Origin: Patescibacteria group bacterium | Lineage (GTDB): Bacteria > Patescibacteriota > Patescibacteriia > UBA9570 | Length of the DNA stretch: 64,000 nt | Assembly: GCA_041665365.1 (NCBI GenBank) | Contig: JBAYIY010000002.1 | Coordinates: 2,178 to 66,177, forward strand | Direction of reading: 5' to 3' | Part shown: piece after piece, positions 60,519 through 64,000 of the stretch | How positions within the stretch are numbered: the first letter of the stretch is position 1 | Layout of the letters: every line of letters starts with the position of its first letter | Program-made: the position numbers and the translations under genes | The notes under the pieces: generated by a model | Told to the model about the DNA's origin: nothing | Seen by the model: only the letters and a program-made list of their open reading frames with translations | Database searches by the model: none

Positions 60519-61553
60519 TTATTGATTTTCCCCCGATATTTCTCCTTCAACAATTGCAAAACTTCGATCCACAAAAGATCTCTTATAGGTAAAAAAAATT
60601 GAAATTGAAACGAGCACGCTAACTATCAAAATCACCATTAAAATTGTTGACTTTGCATTCATCTGTTGAATAAACTTTTTATATCTTACTATATTGTAGA
60701 CAAGGAAACCTATAAAAAACGGCATACCAAACAAACCATATTGGCCGTAGGACCAGTTGCCGGTGTAGCTGCCGACAACATTTCCCAGTGCGAACGAGAT
60801 CAGGAAGAAGATTAGCCCACATAATACAGTTAAAGCTTCCGATTTTTGAGCCTGTTCTTTAGAGTTAAAATATTTTTTAAGCACCAAGACTAGTGCCCAC
60901 CCCATGAAGATGGTTTCAATATAATAATTGGCGAAGACCAATGCTCCTTCCACTGCATTACGATCACAATTTGTGAGATCAAAGCTCTCCAAGTTAAAAT
61001 GCGTGGGCAACAAGATAAAAGTCGGTAAAAGAAGAACCCCTGCAATCATAGCGGATTGAAATGACAAAGGCTTTTTATTGAGGAAAAGGTAGGTGAAATA
61101 AAGACAGACAAAATAAATCAGCGGATCGATAAGATTAGTTATTGCCCAAAAAAACATGACATACTGAGGTTGATCTGTCGCCCAGACAATCATATCCGCC
61201 ATAGACCAAATAAAGAACAAGGATACAATGATCAGTAATGCGCGGGTCAGAGGATTATTTCTGCTTTTGCGAAAAACATATAATCCAAAAATGAGCGACA
61301 ATAGTGCTGGTATGAAATGGGAGTAGTAGACGACTTGATCAAACACATTTTCTGAAAAAAAGAAAAAGTACACAGGTGACCATTCACAGGCCTGTATTTC
61401 AGCGCTGACAGTTGCAATAGGTACAGGTGTGGCTCCCTTAACCAATAAAACCGAAATATCTTCCACGACAATATTCCTATAAAAAGAAGCACTAATTGCT
61501 ATGGCCCCAGCGAGTAGAAAAAAGTATAAAATTATTTTAGTGCGCTTTTCCAT
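60519..61553 (-). CDS. Stand-alone 7TM sensor-domain protein, paralogous to the kinase N-terminus
   Basis: Shares YSHxPA, DxIVWAT, FFW, C..AxEG and GMPxFIGFLxYxIVxYK with 57926-59560; no kinase domain. Confidence 0.75.
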   Translation of the reverse strand: MEKRTKIILYFFLLAGAIAISASFYRNIVVEDISVLLVKGATPVPIATVSAEIQACEWSPVYFFFFSENVFDQVVYYSHFIPALLSLIFGLYVFRKSRNNPLTRALLIIVSLFFIWSMADMIVWATDQPQYVMFFWAITNLIDPLIYFVCLYFTYLFLNKKPLSFQSAMIAGVLLLPTFILLPTHFNLESFDLTNCDRNAVEGALVFANYYIETIFMGWALVLVLKKYFNSKEQAQKSEALTVLCGLIFFLISFALGNVVGSYTGNWSYGQYGLFGMPFFIGFLVYNIVRYKKFIQQMNAKSTILMVILIVSVLVSISIFFTYKRSFVDRSFAIVEGEISGENQ

Positions 61554-61670
61554 TTTTTTCTTAGTACACTTTCAAAATTTATGGTATCCAGGCTTGTTCA
61601 CATGAATGAATTGTACGATCTAGTTTACTCTTTAAGTTAAATTGTAGCATACAAAACTGTTTTATCAAAC

Positions 61671-63047
61671 TTATTTCTTATACTGCACACTCGCCACAGC
61701 CATGGCTTGATGCAAAAAACCGGCAAAGCGACGCATGGCGTCAGTTACACCCTGATCAACCTTATGATTAGGGGTTATTTTTGGCAAGATAACCCCAACG
61801 AAACCCACGGAAACGTCATTATTGAGTAATGGAAGGATGTATTGAGTATTAGAATTAAGTTGTTTCATAAATTTGTGTGAAACAGCGTCGATCGATAGCA
61901 TGGTGTTATTTTTTAGAAGATTCGTCATATGATCATCAGGTTGCACTTGAACCAGTTCGTCCCCCACCTTAAAAAAGGTATTGTTTTGGGAATCGAATAG
62001 AAAAATATCAGTGGTAACAATGTCAAATTCATCAACTAAGTATAGTTTTATTCTTTGTATCAACCATTCCACGGACATATCCATCGGCCGATGTTCCGGT
62101 AAAGCAAAGCACAGCGATGATTGTTTACTGAGATAATGACTAAAATGTAACAATATAACCATATCAATTACACCAATTACAAATAACACAACCGCCTGTA
62201 CAACAAATAAATTTGTAAACTGCTGTATTAGATATGATACTGCAATCAATACAATAACCAACATGCTAATAATAAATCCAAGAATTATTTGCCCACGTAA
62301 ACGAATAGTGATATCAAACAAACGATACCGAGTTATGGCATAAGCTGTAGTGGTTGTCCAAACACTGGTTATGGTGGCACTTAAAATCAGCACACTAACA
62401 AATTGATCTGAACCCAATAAGTAAAGTTTATCAGGCCAGATGATACCAAATATTAACGGGATAATAATCGTACAAAGAGTAGCTAATAATGAAAATAATA
62501 AACTATTACGGACTAATGATTGTCTGGCATTTTCTAACTTAGATGTTCCAGATTTAACTACGCGAAAAAATAATAAATAGAGTGCCAATGTTATCATGAC
62601 AGCAAATGCCCCATAATAAAACATCATCCCCCAAGAATTTGATTCTATTATATAGTTATGATATTTAGAACCAACATAAAGACGTGAACCGACACCAATT
62701 ATTGGTATCATCATACACACAAGAACTAACACAATAAAACCAATCATTTTAATCCATGGCAACACTTTTGTTTCTGAATAGTTTACTAAAAAACCTAAAG
62801 TACTAAACATAATTAAATACCCAAATAAAAATTCTACTCTATCAATAAAATTATTACCATATATGCCATGATCGGTATATTGAGAAAACCAAAAAAATAT
62901 TTCCCAGATAACCATGGAACTCAACGCGATGCTAAACCACAAGATAGTTTTGTTCCAGCGACCTTTAGCAATTAGTATAATTGATACAATCGCATCAAAG
63001 GCGATGGTGATTGGTAGAACATATTTTAGAATGGTGATGAGAAGCAT
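61671..63047 (-). CDS. 7TM sensor-like protein with a GAF-like C-terminus, no kinase domain
   Basis: YAITRYRLFDI motif after the TMs; ILPLL..VGFV GAF-like end. Confidence 0.65.
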   Translation of the reverse strand: MLLITILKYVLPITIAFDAIVSIILIAKGRWNKTILWFSIALSSMVIWEIFFWFSQYTDHGIYGNNFIDRVEFLFGYLIMFSTLGFLVNYSETKVLPWIKMIGFIVLVLVCMMIPIIGVGSRLYVGSKYHNYIIESNSWGMMFYYGAFAVMITLALYLLFFRVVKSGTSKLENARQSLVRNSLLFSLLATLCTIIIPLIFGIIWPDKLYLLGSDQFVSVLILSATITSVWTTTTAYAITRYRLFDITIRLRGQIILGFIISMLVIVLIAVSYLIQQFTNLFVVQAVVLFVIGVIDMVILLHFSHYLSKQSSLCFALPEHRPMDMSVEWLIQRIKLYLVDEFDIVTTDIFLFDSQNNTFFKVGDELVQVQPDDHMTNLLKNNTMLSIDAVSHKFMKQLNSNTQYILPLLNNDVSVGFVGVILPKITPNHKVDQGVTDAMRRFAGFLHQAMAVASVQYKK

Positions 63048-63110
63048 ATTTGATTATTTTAAATTTGAATGCCCACACACTACACCATTCACAAAATTAC
63101 ACAATACCTT

Positions 63111-63192
63111 TTAGCGCCGTCGCTGAAATTTTTGTTGAAAAAACTACTCAAACTATGGCAAATTTGGCTAAAAACTTTGTTAGCGCCGTCGC
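63111..63192. repeat. GCGACGGCGC motif pair in inverted orientation
   Basis: TTAGCGCCGTCGC with core at 63114 and 63183. Confidence 0.8.
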
Positions 63193-63200
63193 ACGTTGAA

Positions 63201-63653
63201 TCAAATTTTCACCAATTTCTTCACTTTATCAACCACCTCACTGGGTTGATACCGTGCCTTCACCCAGAAATCTACTGCCCCTAGTTTTTGCGCGCGCTCT
63301 AAGTTCTCGTTTTTTATACCCTCATCAAGGTTAGTAAATACAACAACGGGAATGTTTTTAGTCTGTGGATTATTTTTCAATGCACTCAAGAGATTAAAAC
63401 CAACCTCCTTATTTATGGCATCGGGTATACCACTTTGTTTAGGCAAAACCAGATCGAGCAGAATTAGCTGCGGTTGTTCAGTTTCGGCTAAAGATATGGC
63501 CTGAGTTGTATCTGTAGTCGTTGACAAACGGCACTGGCCATCCACTAAGAATTTGTGTTTGTACATGTCAATCAACATCTGATCATCGTCAATTAGTAGA
63601 ACTTTGGGTTTAATTCCATTCATAAAAATAATTGTAACAGTTTTATCAAGCAA
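63201..63653 (-). CDS. Single-domain response regulator (receiver)
   Basis: LLIDDD, ILLDLVLP, PVVVFTN, K. Start may be the ATG at 63623. Confidence 0.88.
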   Translation of the reverse strand: MLDKTVTIIFMNGIKPKVLLIDDDQMLIDMYKHKFLVDGQCRLSTTTDTTQAISLAETEQPQLILLDLVLPKQSGIPDAINKEVGFNLLSALKNNPQTKNIPVVVFTNLDEGIKNENLERAQKLGAVDFWVKARYQPSEVVDKVKKLVKI

Positions 63654-63722
63654 TGACCATAGGCTTTTTACTACTTACTTCAGCGTCTTCAGTTTCTTCT
63701 CATCTTTTCAGCGATCCGTTTT

Positions 63723-64000
63723 TTACTTCACAAACAGTCTCACTAACCGTAATTCATCATAACTATAGCTCTCCCCTAGTAGGGTGCGCACGGGGCTAAG
63801 AGTCATAGCGCCACCAATTTTTTTAAACGCTTGAATGATAGTAGCAACACGTGGCCCATCTGGTTTTAGATAGGCAATATCAAGTTGCGGATCAACGATT
63901 AATAATTTTTCAATATGGCTAACTATCGTACTCGCAGCAACCTCACGCTGTTTGGCTATGTCGGCAATGGTGAGTTTTTGTTGAAGTAACTGCTTAGTTA
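63723..64000 (-). CDS. C-terminal helix-turn-helix domain typical of PIF1/RecQ-type helicases; 5' end outside the window
   Basis: Manual translation: TKQLLQQKLTIADIAKQREVAASTIVSHIEKL...LSPVRTLLGESYSYDELRLVRLFVK*. Confidence 0.7.
   Translation of the reverse strand, partial: TKQLLQQKLTIADIAKQREVAASTIVSHIEKLLIVDPQLDIAYLKPDGPRVATIIQAFKKIGGAMTLSPVRTLLGESYSYDELRLVRLFVK

Overview
Bacterial chromosomal window, genetic code 11, with most genes on the minus strand. Gene content and style (short TsaB, hrcA-grpE-hsp20-dnaK-dnaJ, T4CP/HerA-like ATPase next to dnaX, NDT-RHH fusion, few Shine-Dalgarno sites) suggest a Patescibacteria/CPR genome; this is inference. The core (about 13.9-57.5 kb) holds ssb, part of the dcw cluster, glucan/trehalose genes, a Ser/Thr kinase, cysDN, tRNA-Gln, an S8 protease, dnaX, corA, cysS, a Dus gene and the CIRCE-controlled heat-shock operon. 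Two accessory zones (1-13.8 kb and 57.5-63.7 kb) share non-coding motifs. Most notable: (1) a cassette-like array whose boundaries are paired GCGACGGC(G/T)C pseudo-palindromes with a DnaA box at a fixed 9-nt distance, where homology breaks at the motif; (2) 39-nt structured micro-insertions of identical geometry but different sequence stacked into that motif; (3) a promoter-driven, about 360-nt multi-hairpin non-coding region in front of a short second-type ssb; (4) smaller three-way-junction RNA candidates; (5) a methyltransferase-GTP cyclohydrolase II fusion coupled to a divergent NAPRTase. All family calls come from motif recognition by eye; no searches were run.
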